Shown one piece after another: positions 48,920 through 62,200 of a stretch of DNA of 64,000 nt (its first letter is position 1; every line of letters begins with the position of its first letter). Position numbers and translations under genes: made by a program. This stretch comes from Ramazzottius varieornatus (taxonomy: Eukaryota; Animalia; Tardigrada). The notes under the pieces were generated by a model. That model searched no databases. It was not told where the DNA came from and worked only from the letters and a program-made list of their open reading frames with translations. The DNA lies in the NCBI GenBank assembly GCA_001949185.1, contig BDGG01000002.1, positions 3,829,046 to 3,893,045 on the forward strand, in the 5' to 3' direction.

Positions 48920-49660
48920 ATGAACCTCAAGATGGTTCTCATTCCTTTGAGCATTCTCACCGTCGTAACCTATCCTACACCAGCGGCGGGATTTTTTGAC
49001 AAGTTGCTCATCGCGGCTAAAGGACTAGCTCCTGGCATCGTTACGGAAGTCGGACCATTCGCCAAATCGGTTTTCGGGGTAAGATTTATAACTGAATTTG
49101 TTGTTGTTGTTGTTGTTGCTGTTGTTTATAATTATTTTACTTAATTTGCGTTTAACTTTTGATCGAAAAACTCGTCCACAAGCTTGCACGTAAATGCTTC
49201 CATCCAGTGTACATTCATTTTGTAGATCTTCCGCCAGTACTGTGCCCAAGAAAATATGGCTGATGACCAGCTCGCACAACGGTTCATCGACCTTACCATG
49301 CAGCTCTACGATAATATGGAGGACAAATGCAAGAAGGACCTGGATCCTCTGCAGGACGATGTCGAGCTCCTGGAGGAGAACATCAAGACACTACACACCA
49401 TTGTTTACGGGATGGTGGTGGGCTTTGTCGTAGCCTTTGCTCTTTTTCTTGCCATTGTAGTCAGTCTGTGTAAGAAAGCTGATCGTGAAAAGCGACTTCG
49501 CGAAGAGTTTTCGGCTCTGGCTAAAAAGCCGAAAAAACCTAAATTTGATGTAGTTAAGGTAGTTAAGTTCTCTTCCGTCTATAGCGTGATTTCTGCCTTC
49601 TATTCGCGCTACTCCACTTTTCAAGTGAGGATGGACTATTTAATCGTGAAAGATCAATAA
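48920..49660 (+). CDS. Orphan type-I membrane protein: signal peptide, amphipathic helix, coiled coil, TM, basic tail
   Basis: Exon 48920-49078 splices in frame (GTAAGA...TTGTAG) to the exon from 49226. The TM is IVYGMVVGFVVAFALFLAIVVSL and AATAAA lies at 49657. The end may instead splice at 49558. Confidence 0.65.
49098..49125. repeat. (GTT)n microsatellite in intron
   Basis: TTGTTGTTGTTGTTGTTGTTGCTGTTG read directly. Confidence 0.85.
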
Positions 49661-51100
49661 AAGTTGGCCCGATATCGACGTTAAATCTCGATTAACCATC
49701 ATTAGCCTAACCATGAGGGCACTGCCTAATTACCCCTGACCAAACACGGCCTTTCTCAATGACCCGTGGTCAGAGAGCCAAACGGACTTCAGCATCGTGT
49801 TCCCCGATGTTTGCTACACCAGACTGCATCAGCAGTTTCAATTTGCCGTTGAGGTGCGAAAACTTAAAAATTCGTTTCCTGAACAATTTGATCAGAGGTC
49901 GATTGTACTGAAAATGGGCCGCCAAAACCCAATTACCTTTCACTACAAACGGGTTTTGCGGAGTTTAAGTTGTCGGATGCGAAAGTGCTCCAGGTTTACG
50001 TAAAAGGCGAAGAAGATGTTGTGGATATACCGTACCAAACTTTTTTCGAGTCACTAGCTTTTCTCTCTGCTCGTCGCTTCGGCATCGGCAGTCGGGAGGA
50101 AGTTTACTCTTGATCCATGCCTTCCGTTCAGATCTCCGGCAGGGATGTGGAAAGTAGACGATACTGGCTCTGTCCGGAAGGAGAGTTATCTTGTTTGGTG
50201 GTTTAACACCCCAGGACTGTTCATTGCTTCTACATAAAGGAAGAGGCCAGTGAGGAATCGTACAGTCTAAGGGCGTAGATTATAGCCGGTTTTATTAGGA
50301 TCAGTTTTTGACTGGCTGTTCAGAACGTGACGTGTCAGCACGCCTGATGTCTGTGTAGGGTGACGTAGAAGAGCTTGTAGGCGATCATTTGATCGCTCTG
50401 ATACATGCTCGCAATGTGTAGACTGGTGACAGAAAGAACTTTTTATACAGCCGCAAACTCCCGACTCAAAGAGCAATCTGGCAAGCTGTTCCGCGTTTTT
50501 CTCTCAGTGCAACTTGCCTAAATTCTTCGAAGAGCCTGAGTCGTGACCTTATCAGGCAGAGCGAAGCCGCTGGGAATAGCTTGAATCTATTCCCGAACTT
50601 GTTTAGAATTTTCTGGGAATTTCCGAGAAATTTTTGAATTTATTCAAGTATTTTTCCAACTTTTGTTGAGTCATGACTTCGGACACAACCAATCAATTTC
50701 GCAGTAATCAGTCGAATACTGACGAAATGATTAAGACGGAATTGATTGCACTGTCGATCGTACTGTACGATCAACAGGGTAGGTCACACCCATGGATCTT
50801 GCTAGTTAATTGCTGCTGTTACTAGGTTGACTATCTTTGGTCTAGCTGGACTGACCACTGGTCCTGCTAGGTTGACCACTAGTGGTTGAACATTGGTTTT
50901 GCTACACTAGCCATTGGCATTGGTAGATTGGCTGCCCAATCGCAGCTGATTCATTGGCCTATCCTATCTGTCTATTTGTCGGCGGGGGCTGCCAGCAGTT
51001 TAGGCGGAGTTTATAGTCCGTGGGAGTTGATTGTACGGCTCATTGATCGATAGTCATCTAAAATGAGGTAATGAGGGTGAATGAACGGTCCGGACTATGC

Positions 51101-52720
51101 TTTGATCTTTCGCCATAGGCTCAGGCTTGCCATAGACAGAGCGAATGCAAGGGCTATTGAATCCTGAACAGCTTTCTACTGCTGACTCAACCGGTCTATG
51201 ATTCATTCAATGCCTTGGCAGGCAAAGCTTCGCTTTTTGAGCAACGGCTTCGCAATATACCCAAGGGGACTCTGAATCGCAAACTCATCAGAGGAAGCTC
51301 GAGCTCCAAACAGCACGATCCGTTTTTCAGGATAATTCCCCGATTTTTTTTCTGGTTTTTCCAACTTTTCAGTTTTTGCTGAATCATGACTTTGTGTCTG
51401 ATCAATCAAATTCGTACGAATCAACTCGCTAAACCAGTTGGTTTATTAACAAAGAATTGATCACTCTCAGGACCCTGTCGGTCGGACAATGGTACGACCA
51501 ACAGGGTATGACGTAACTCGTGCTGCCTGCTTCACGATCGGCTGCGACGCGGCTGGGTAACTAGGTGGGAAAGTAGATAATCGTGCAATGGTAAAACCGG
51601 CAAAAGGAAAGTATAATCAGAATGTCTACCCAGACCAGCAATGCTACGCTCTACCAACGAAGCGATATGAACCGACTGGCCTTTCACTTGAGTCATCGAC
51701 GGGAAATCACATTCCATAATGCTAACAATGAAGTTCCATATACCCAAGATTAAGCTCCGGTGACAGGTCCAGGATCCAAATTATTTTGACAATAATTATC
51801 CCCATTGCACGATCGAAACCGATGGCATTTCAAACACACCAAGCTATCGTTCTCCAATTCAGGATGACCAGAATATCCATCGACACGCAAATTAGGCTTC
51901 TTGCATATTTCGAAACAACAGTCGCAGTAACCCCATTCCGCATACACCCGCTTCTTATATTCACGGCCGAAACTACGCGACTTTTCTTTAATCCCATCTG
52001 ACTTGACACCACTGCCGCCACCAGTAGCACCTCCAGTTCTTCCAGTACCACATGAACAGCTTTCCTGACTCTTTAAAGGCACAGACATATGACTTTCTTT
52101 AACCTTTAGGGGTTCACGTATTGTGCTGACTTCACCCTTTAAGGGTTGTTCCTTTAAGGAACTTGCGTCCGCCACCTTATCCTAATATATTATATTAATA
52201 TATTATATTAACATTTATTAGATGACTCCTGAGAAAAATTTATGCATTAAATTGGGCATTAAATTGGGTGCAAAATGGAGTACTTTGGCTAATATATCAT
52301 ATTAAAGTCAGCTTATTAGGTGCAAAAACGACTCAAAATAATAAGTATTGTTAAATTATACTAAATTAGATTCGACCGGGAGGGTCGATATTCTATTAAA
52401 ATTATATTAGGTTCGGATTTGCTTATGCCCACATCACTATCCCAGACATCCCAAGAACAAATCTCCCATTATTCTCCGGAACAAAAGCAACACTAGAACA
52501 GAACAATGTCAAACAACTGACTGTAACATTCTCCGCACGAAGCCAGCATATACACAAAACCCACGTACAGCCATCAGCACTATGCCATCAGAAGTGAATG
52601 AACCCTACGACTCCCTTCTTTGATGTTTCCGCCATAAGCTCAGGCTTGCCATAGACAGAGCGCGTGCAAGGGCCTGAACAGCTTTCTACGATGACTCAAG
52701 CGCTTCATGATTCATTCTAA
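51101..52720 (-). mobile_element. Helitron-like remnant (DUF6570-type region) between two ~110-bp direct repeats
   Basis: ORF 52175-51750 contains CDCCFE...CLKC...NNLDPGPV, followed after a frameshift by PEL...MTQVKGQSVHI. This resembles the NNMDPGxVPxEL motif of Helitron-associated proteins. The repeat CGCCATA(G/A)GCTCAGGCTTGCCATAGACAGAGCG...ATGATTCATTC occurs at about 51101-51210 and 52619-52720. Confidence 0.55.
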
Positions 52721-52895
52721 CCTCCGCTGGAAGGCCAGCCTTTTGGGCGGAGCTCTCGCAAAAGTTCACTTCCGCTGCACTGTTAATAGTAGGGAGACCG
52801 CGCGTCGCACCAGTTTCCTGAGATTATTACCTAACGTTAGCGGGGCGAGTTGGGTTGCTCTGCCTTGATTGTCTGATTGATTGATTCGCGTACGT

Positions 52896-53643
52896 TTATC
52901 CGGATAAATCTTGGATGGATAGAGTTGATATCCGGTAGAGATGGGATAAGTGTGATTTACCGAAATTTACCGAAACTAGGTCGAACTTAGCGATCTGGGA
53001 TGAGAAATTACCGAAACCGAAATCATCGGTGTGAGACTCACACTGAAAATCCGATTTCCGTGTGCATTCGCACCAAACCGATACCAAATCGAAATTTTTC
53101 GGTAAATCGAAACATACCGAAAGGCCTAGAAGGATGATAGTTTGACCGATTTCTGAGCGATCCCGAGAAAGTTTTCGGCTCACAGACTGCATTCCTACTA
53201 GCTTGATAGACAGCCATCCGGTGGAGGAAAACCTCCCGACATCTCAAGACACGCCAAGCGCTGTACGCTTGCGGCTCGCCCTGTTTTGCGCCAGTTTCAC
53301 CTGGTTTTTCCCGTTAATAAGAGAAACTTTATATTTTCTGGTTCACCAATTTTTCGGTTTGATCTGGTGTGATAATCGAAATTTCGGTGCAGCAATTTAC
53401 CAAATCAAAAATATCGGTGTGGACTTCATACTGAAATTTTCGATTCGGTGTGAGAGTTTACCAAGTTGAGAAATACCACACCGACATTAATCACACTTAT
53501 CCCATCTCTAATATCCGGGTCATATCCGGATGGATAAGAGTTTTATCCGATTAAGGGTTGGATGGATAAAACCCTTATCTAGTCCAGGTTTTATCCGAAT
53601 AAATCCGGATATATCCGTTGTGGATGGATAATTAACATCCCTA
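52896..53643. mobile_element. Older hAT-type MITE remnant (ATCCG/GGATA subterminal repeats), host of nested insertion
   Basis: Repeated TTATCCG/GGATGGATA motifs lie on both sides of the insert. The right end AACATCCCTA is the reverse complement of an Ac-like TAGGGATG TIR. Confidence 0.6.
52936..53510. mobile_element. 575-bp hAT MITE with perfect 8-bp TSD
   Basis: 22-bp TIR TAGAGATGGGATAAGTGTGATT / AATCACACTTATCCCATCTCTA. TSD ATATCCGG at 52928-52935 and 53511-53518. CCGAAA subterminal repeats. Confidence 0.93.
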
Positions 53644-54772
53644 GGAATGTTATTCTTCAGCGTAGAATGGCAGAGAAAGGACGGAGAAGACGACGGTTGC
53701 GATTGCAAATGAATTATCCAGGACGACCGAGTATCAAATGCGCGCACTGAAAGGATGGCTTCCTTCCACCATCGTGTGCGAAAATCGAATCGACGCGGGA
53801 AAACCAGCCAAGCCGGCCGTACCGTACACACCGATGCACATCCGCAAAGTCAGCAAGCGCAGTTTTCACGGGCCTGATGGCTTGCCAGGGCTCACTTGAA
53901 TTTGAAGGCGAGCCATTCCGCACCCGCCGGCAACGCCCATTCAAGTCCGAATTCTACCCCAAATGGCCAATCCTATTCTGTTTGTCTTCCTTTATTCTTG
54001 CCAGAATTTCGATCTGGACCTCACTAAAATCTGGAAACATCGCTCGATGACGATGTATAAATTATGATGTTTGTGAGCTGGCACTGAGAAATTTATCGCA
54101 GCGGCTACTTCAGAGTTTAGGCCGCATCGACAGAGGAGAATTAATAACACAAGAGCGATCCATTCAAGCATAACCGAGCGAACTTTCGGAAATCTGCACA
54201 CGACTCCGCGATACGCAGTTGCCGAAGGTTCAGTGGTAATGTGTTTAGATAACAGCTTCTTTGTGAGCACTACTGATAAGTGAAAAAGCTACTCGCTTTA
54301 AGAGATGAATAATAAATTCTCTTCGGTCGCGAGGAGCACCTCATGACTTCGCTGATGACATCACACACGTCGAACCTGCTACCTGGCCTCCCTTTACTCT
54401 TCCGAATTTCGAGCCACTCCTGAAAAGGTGGAGAGAATTTCAGAAGCGACAACTCCGGAGATATCTCGACTGCACCTAGCCTCTACGAGTAGCTTTCCCG
54501 AAATCTAGCAGTTATCCTACGGAAGTTGTCCCGGCTGGAGGCTTGACAAGGGATAATGGCGGCATGGGTGAAGAACCGAAAAATCCGCACACAGGTGGCA
54601 GCACGGATCATGAGAAACTGTCCGCCCTCAGTCTTTAACAAACTCATAGATCGGGTTTCCTACTTCCAGAAATGAGAAATTTATTTCAACATAATACATA
54701 AACATGTTTTTGACTTCGTTCTAAAGTATACTGCACGAGGAACACGTCTGTCATGAGGTCCTAACTGTATTC

Positions 54773-56073
54773 TCAACCGAAATTCGGGGGAGGAGGACAG
54801 AGTTGAGAGCAAGTCAAAGGAGACAAGGTCCCCCTGAACGTAAAAGTGCATCCAGGATTGAGAGACATTGCCTGACTACATATGCATCTATCAATAATGG
54901 TACCAACTGTTGGGTCGCAGGGTGGGAGAAAAGGAGCCGACGGGCAGGTCTGAGCGCAGGTTATCGGTGGTGTTGTCTGGCCGAAACCATTGAAGGTGCA
55001 AGTTGGGTCGGGTCTTAGGCCAGCCGCAATGCACGCCTCTATTTGAGCTTGTAGGGCTATCGTGGGATCGATGGTAGTGGTGGCTGTCACCGTCGTAATT
55101 GTCGTGGTAGCAGGGGATGCGGTGACGGATGCGGACGTGGTAGCGGTAGTGGGGGTTTGCGTAACAGGTTGATCGCAGACCAGCAAGCAGAACAAGACGT
55201 TTCCGGTCACCGGATCAATTAGTGCTTGATATCTGCAGCCGATGGGAGCCGCACCTGGACAGGTTGTGTTTCCGGGAGCGATTGTGGTCGCTCCTGTGGA
55301 TGACGCGGTCGGCGCAGCCGTAGTGTAGTAGCTGCCACCATTTCCGTAACCGCCCGAGCTTCCTCCATATCCGCCGCCGGAATTTCCATAACCCGACGGG
55401 AAACCACCGAAAGCACTGAACATCATTGAGCCATAACCACTGGAACTACTGCCCTGATTACTGGAACCACCGTACGGGTAACTGCTCTGCGCTGGACTCG
55501 CACCATAGCCTGAGCCGGCGCTTGAACCTGTGGATAATAACGACTGCGATGAGAGCTTCAAATCTTCGGCTTTCGCAAAAGATCTTGGTAAGTTAAACGT
55601 AGTCATTATCGTTTCATGAATCACTGATCATGAAGAACGTATTTACCCATGTTTACACTAATAATCCTTGTACAAAAATACTGTGGTCAACTAGAGCAGG
55701 CACAAAAGCGACTAACCATAGATACTGCTTCCGTATCCACCACTTCTGCTTGAACCGCTTCCAGCGTTGCCACTGGATCCGGAACCGCCATATCCACTGG
55801 TCATCGGGCTACCACCATACAAACTCTGCGCTGAATTTAGACCGTAACTCGAACCACCGGTCGACCCTGTAACCAACAGCGGTTTATCGTTCAAAAAATT
55901 CTGAGTTACAGGAAGTACCACCATGGGTTCATTGGACCAAAGAGTATCGATACTGGAGGACTAGAAGCGTTACCAATGTATGCGCTGGTGCCGGCAGATG
56001 AGGAATCTCCGTATTGGGCTCTGGTGGCTGACAAACACGCGCAAGCGATTAGTACATATCGAGCTGATGCCAT
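54773..56073 (-). CDS. Secreted Gly/Ser/Tyr-rich, Thr-rich, Cys-repeat protein (cuticle/eggshell/mucin-like)
   Basis: Signal peptide MASARYVLIACACLSATRA|QY. Three exons joined by phase-1 GT-AG introns (approx. 56073-55974, 55867-55717, 55528-54773). A GSSGYG-type low-complexity region is followed by Thr tracts and three 4-Cys modules. Confidence 0.8.
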
Positions 56074-56981
56074 CTTAAAAACTCGCTTGGAACTCTCGCT
56101 GAAACACCGGAGTGTGGTCGCAAATGTCAAAGAATGGTTTCCGATGGGTTTTTATTGTCTGCCGACGTGAGGTGCAGATATGATCAGTTGCAGGCTCTCC
56201 ACCTCTTCGGCGAACAAAATTGGGTACGAATCTTTTCTTTCCGAACCGGCAATTATCTGTTCGGAACGACCATTTTTGTTTAAGCTGTTGCAAGTTTTAG
56301 ATGTTTATGTTCACTTCAGTTCGAAAAAACCTTGCAAACACGCATTTGCACCGGGTTCTCGTTCAGACCGGGCCTGCCCGCGTACAAACGCCATTTCTCT
56401 GTAGTGGTTAAGTCAACTATGTCAAACTGGACGCAGTGTGCAGGGCCGTCGCGGCCTGTGTCGGATGGAGCAAACTTTTGGTTATGGGACGGTCTCGGTA
56501 AACAACAATAACTGTATCTTGATTTGATTGTTGAGATGCGCTGTTACCATAGTACCACGCATCCTTATTAGTATCAAAATTGATTTGTACCAGTCATTAC
56601 TCCCAGAAATGCAGAGTCACGATATCGGGACTCAAATGTACAACGTTATGTCAACTTGTATTCACACGGACACGGCGCAGCTTATGTTTACATGGAAGCT
56701 GGCTTAAGGCAACAAAGGCAAGTATAGGCGCATCGAACACTGATGAAACTTCCATGTGTATTTAAAGTTCACCGGTTTACGCTCAATAAGCGCATGAAGT
56801 CTAGCAATGCACAAACTTCAAGAGAAGGGTGCGGATAACAATGTCATGGCCATTTGTGTAGGTAGGTAAACGGAAAAGGACAACTCATCATCACAGAACA
56901 AAAAATGTCATGGAAGAAATAGTGGATCGAAACTTAGGCAGGCAGTTCACTATCATAACGAAGCCTTTCATGATTTAAGCT

Positions 56982-57130
56982 GTGGTTCCAGTAAGATCGG
57001 CTAGTGCTGAAAGAAGGTTTTCGATACTTAAGCGTGGAAAAACATGGCTCAGAACGTCCATGAAAAACGAACACCTGTCCGACTTGACGGTCGTTAATGT
57101 TCACAAAGACATTGTCATCCCACATACAGA
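56982..57130 (+). mobile_element. hAT transposase C-terminal dimerisation-domain remnant
   Basis: VPVRSASAERRFSILKRGKTWLRTSMKNEHLSDLTVVNVH fits the P.SSA..ER.FS.L...K..LR..M...L..L pattern. A CAGGGCCG hAT-like end lies at 56441. Confidence 0.8.
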
Positions 57131-59249
57131 AATAGCGGAAAAGTACGTCTCCGACACGGATTTCGGTGCCGCAGCTCCCCCGCCACCACCAAGTGTGATC
57201 GTTAACCCGGCGGATATGGCGATTGACGAAAGCGAGGATGAAACGGAAGAGAGCGACACCTGCGAGGAGTTTTCGCCTATTTATGTCTTTCGAGCGAACA
57301 TACTTTCTGATCTACGCCTCCCCAAAAATCGGCCTTCTCTGCGAAAAGCGAGAACGTTCTTTTTCGCCTACTCGACTACAGTCAATCAGAGACCCACCAG
57401 AAAAATTCCGGCATGCGCATCGATGAATTCAAGTTTGTTGTGGGTGGCAGAACCCACCCAAGCCATAGAGCAAACCTAATAACACAGAACTTAATGAGTC
57501 GGCTGCAGAAAAGTGGAGACCGCAGATGGAAGTCTGTCAAGTTCTGACCACTGGGGAGGAGAAGCGAATGCGTAGACGTACAGGTATGCGTCTTTGCGAT
57601 AGAGCTTTTCTGCTGCCCGGATCAACTGACGCATTATTCTACACTGCAGAGTTTACGGTTTCAGACAGTGTTATGTTACTATGCAATTAAAATTATTAAA
57701 AGTCACGTGCTAATGTTAAGTCTATGTGATCAGCTGACTGCAAGTAAAATTAATTATCGCTGACGAATTTCAATAATTAGAATTAACATTCGATTTCCTA
57801 TCATGGATCAATCAATCAAGTTAACACAAACCCGCACAATTAGAACGATTTTAATTATTAAAATCGACTTCCTACTATAATGATTAAAATAACACTGGTA
57901 TCAGATAGCTTCATCATTTGCGACATCCACTGAAATCGTGACAGACTTATGAACTCCTCGCTTCGCTCAGAGAGATTAGAGAAGGTAGAGGAACCGCTGT
58001 ATATTCCGTAGAGGCGCAAAACATGGAAGCGGTAGAGGCACTTACCACTACGGTAAACAACACCATTGGTCCAATACGCAGAGAGGCCACGCCCCGGCAG
58101 AGTCGGTTACATTACTGTTAGTCGGTTACTCGACTGTTTACGACTAACAGTAATGGGTTGCACTCCTACTTTACAATGACGGTGGAGCAGCGCACAGCAT
58201 CTAATTAAGCATCTTTATACGGTAGCAGCTTCGCAGTGAGCCGTATTTAGGTGCTTGCCGGACCTGCGCCGCAAACGCAGGTGCTTTATGTACCTGCACA
58301 CATAGTTGATGGGCAACGACTTGATCTGTCAGGTAAGGCCAAACTGTCGGTTTGTCCAAGCAGCAAAAGGTCATCTTAGGTCATCCATTTGACCTCAACC
58401 TTTAATGGTCGCTAGTCCGGCAATGACTTTACCATTGGAAGACTGGCGTGACGTACGTACGCGTTCCTCTACCCCCTCTAGTCTCTCTGCTTCGCTCATC
58501 CTGATGAAGTAATGGTGATGTATAGTATACGGCATGGGTAACTCTTCGAAAACTCGTGGCCCTACTTCTACGTTTTTTTGTGCATTGTTTGGTAGGGCAT
58601 GTATCACGACGATCGGGCCGATTGTTCAGTTGATTTCGTAAATTTTAGGCCCTAAGTGTACAGGGCTTCAGATTCACCCGCGCACTGTTGCCTGTCAATC
58701 AGGGTGCAAGCCGCGCGACATCTGACATCAGAGCAGGTGGCTGTTCTTCTCTGATTTTTGGCTCTCATAGACAAAACTCACAAAAGAGTGTTTTGCAGAA
58801 ACTTAGTAAAGCTAGGAAAACTCAAAAAACTCCAGATAAATTCAGAAAAATTCCAGAAAAGTCCAGGATTATCATAACATGATAATTCTTGCTCCCAGAC
58901 GCTCGAGCATTGCCTGAGAAGGTACGACGCGGGCTCTCCGGAGGATTTACTGCAATAACATTCTCCTGTCTGACTGTCATCGTAAATCGTCGTCCGAATT
59001 TCATGCTGCCATATCTCGACAGCACTCTTGAGGATCACCCGGATTCTGCGAGTTCAACGTTTGGAGTGAAGGGATACGGGATACTCGAACTCGACCATTT
59101 AGAATCCGTGAGAAAGTTTTCTACACCAGTTGCATTTGCTTGTACCAGTAGTCACTTGATTGACTGTTGCTCTATTGCCGTTGTCGTTGGATTTTGAGTG
59201 AGTTTCGCGATGATTTCTGCGTTTTCCTTAGGCTCGGGACGACTCGTAA

Positions 59250-62200
59250 ATGGACAGGAAACAGCAAGATTCCATTATGCTGGAGGGCGGGCCGAGCATG
59301 TTCGTGCCAGACGACGACGACATCGATGACGATGATGGTACAGATGATGAGCAACATCAGCTCGAGGTCTGTGTTACACAAAATTCAGAACCGTAGTTGT
59401 ACCCTTCAACAGTATGGTGCGTTTGCAGATGGAAGAGGAGCTTAAGGAGGGTGGATTTCTGGGCCTGATCAAAGAGGTGAATACGGATAACGAGGAGGAC
59501 GATGACATGGCGACGTCGGAGGAAACATTCAACCGTGGCATAAACGAGAAAAAGTGAGGCGAATATCCTGAAAATGTTCCAGCAAAATGTTTTAAATTTT
59601 ACTGTAGTATCAGTGGGAAGTATGCAACGTCAACGCCGTACGCAGCTACTACCTTCCAACGATCTCAAACGCTGCAGCAGCAGACACTCGATTCCCCGTT
59701 CTCCTCCAGCCACAACAGAGGCAAGGGTGATTACCTGTTGAGCGCCCAGAAGTACCCAAGAGCGAGAGACGCCTTTCGCGAAAGGCTGGAGGATCTTCCG
59801 GAGGTCGAGACTACAGGAATGCGAGAAGGGATGGAGCCACCACCTAAGCGCTCTTTGCTGAATGAGCCGTCGTATGAACGAGTGAGGGATCTCGAGAAAG
59901 CAACGTCCCGGTTCAGTGGATCTCCTGGGCTTGGACGATCGAATTTGGACAGCCTCCTCAGTCACGGTAAGTCTCAGCGAGCAATGGTTTCTCAACATTC
60001 CACCAAAGAAAGCTGTATTACTTAGTTGGACCACTTCTGTGGAGTTTTTGTTCCAGTGCAGTGAAAGTTACTTTCACCATTAATATTGCCTCGTTGTCTT
60101 CGTAGAATCTCTCCATCCGAAGCCCGAAAGGGAGAGTTACGACCTTTTATGTGATGCGAAAGATCGGGAAATACAGCAGCTTCGACGTGACATGGATAAG
60201 AACTGCGCCGAGTTGGAGAAAGAGTTATCTCAGTTTCAGAATCACGTCGAAGAGCTTTCAAGTAAGCCTTTGTTTGACGGATTATCCATCCATAAGCGTC
60301 AGTCGTAAACCACAAGACATTAATGTGCCAAACCCGTACACGTGTACTTGCTAGTCATCTTTTTAATCGTTTTACTGTTGTTTGCAGAGGAGAAGTTATC
60401 GTTGGCCGAAGAACGCGCACGAACCTACGCCGAAGTGGAAGCTCTTCGGAAAGAAACGGGGCAACTGAGAAACGCACTGAAAGAAGTCAGAGCGGACCTC
60501 GACGCTGCTAAGAACGAGAAGCAAGACGTGAGTATTCACATATTGTTCTCAGTCAACAAAGCTTCTTCCGTTCTTCGGATGTTTACCCGATTCTCGCGAT
60601 CGCACTTGGAAAATGATATCGGACTTGAAAATATTCAAAACATCTACGATTTTTGCTGTAAAATAATCTGGGATAGATATTTTTTCTCCTGCTTTACAGC
60701 TTTTGAGGAAGATTCATATGCAAGATGGCAAACTACAGCAGATGGAGCATACGCTGAACCAGTCGACGCCTTGGGAAGTGATCGACCAGCTCAAATCCAA
60801 CCACGAGACGACAATGTTGCAGATCAAAGAAGTACATCAGTCGGAACTGCGAAAGTTTCAGGATCAAGCCATAGAAGACACGAGAAGGTATAAAGAACAG
60901 TTTGAGCGGTCGAAGAAAGACATGGAAGCCATGTACGAGAAACTGCAAGCGACGGAAGCCGATAGAAACCGGCTTCAGGCGCAGATCGATGCACCACAGA
61001 AAGAAGCGGCAAAAGCGACGGCTAGCACGCCTTCTACAGACCTACTTCGCCTGCAACTCAAAGCCAAGGTTTGATCTCACCGATAGTCAACAAAGCCAGA
61101 TGAATTTTCGCGTGATGAATTGTTAACACAATATTTTCGATTATTTTTACTAGTTTCTTTTTGATATTTTTAGATGGATGATTTGGAAAGGTACGCCAAA
61201 AGAACATCCGAGCTCGAAGAAAAGCTTTCCATGATGCAGCGCGAGTCTTCCGAAGAGACAAGTCGTCTGAGGGAGGATCTCAGCAAAGCCGTTCAAGAGA
61301 ACATTGCTCATATCAATGAACAAACGGAGACGGTGAAGAACAACGTCCAGATGCGCGAAGATATCGCTAAACTCACGAAGGAATTGGACGAATTGAAGAA
61401 GGAAAGATTGGAAAGGTCAAACGAAACCTTGAAACTGCAGTCTAGCGCTCGCAGTGCTCAAGCAGAAATCGCCAGCTTGAAAGTGGAAGTGGAGCAGGGG
61501 CGGAAAGAGAGGGAGGACTTTGAGAGGGCGCGCAGTGAGCTACAAGCGCTCAATACACAGTTACAGCAAGAACTTGCAGCCAGAGTACGTCTTGACGTTG
61601 TCTGTGCTTTTCGATGAATCTATGGAATGATTTTCTGATTTTTATTTGTAGAATGTTCCGGTGAATAACAGAGTCAGTTTGGACTTGATAAGGCAACAAG
61701 TGAAGAGAAAGGTGAGAAGCTACTTGGGATCCAGGCAAACTCGACACATCGTTTTTCTAAGTGGCGCACGCTCCCGGCCAGTAACCTCAAGAACATACGC
61801 CACTTGAGAAAACACTGTCGAGTTTGTTTGCCCGAGTCCCAGTTTGACAGCGACAAAGTCCCGAGCTTAGCTGAAGCGGAGGTTCTCTTTTGTAGGAAGG
61901 TGAATTGGCAGAAGCGAACAGAAGGTTTCGTGAGATGGAGGACAACCGTCACTCGCAGTTTCAGCGGATCGCCGATGAGAACACTCAGTTGAAAGAAGAC
62001 AAGGCGCGGTTGCAGAACGACGTCTCGCTAATGCGTAAAGTGCTGCGGAAGCTGAAGAAGCACATTGCCAATAATCCCAGCCCTAGCGGCGATTCCGGCT
62101 TCAGCGCGGAGATTAAAACCACGGTAAGTGCTCACAAGAAAGAAAAGCGGAAGTGAAGTAGCTTCTCTGTCCTCCGCTTGTCTAATTTTTTTACCCCGCA

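Noticed and set aside
50790-50940. Degenerate CTAGGTTGAC-like tandem motifs
   Set aside because: Too degenerate to define a unit. Probably the interior of a TE.
58110-58155. 15-bp perfect inverted repeat CATTACTGTTAGTCG/CGACTAACAGTAATG
   Set aside because: Real but isolated. It could be a TE subterminal hairpin and no function can be supported.
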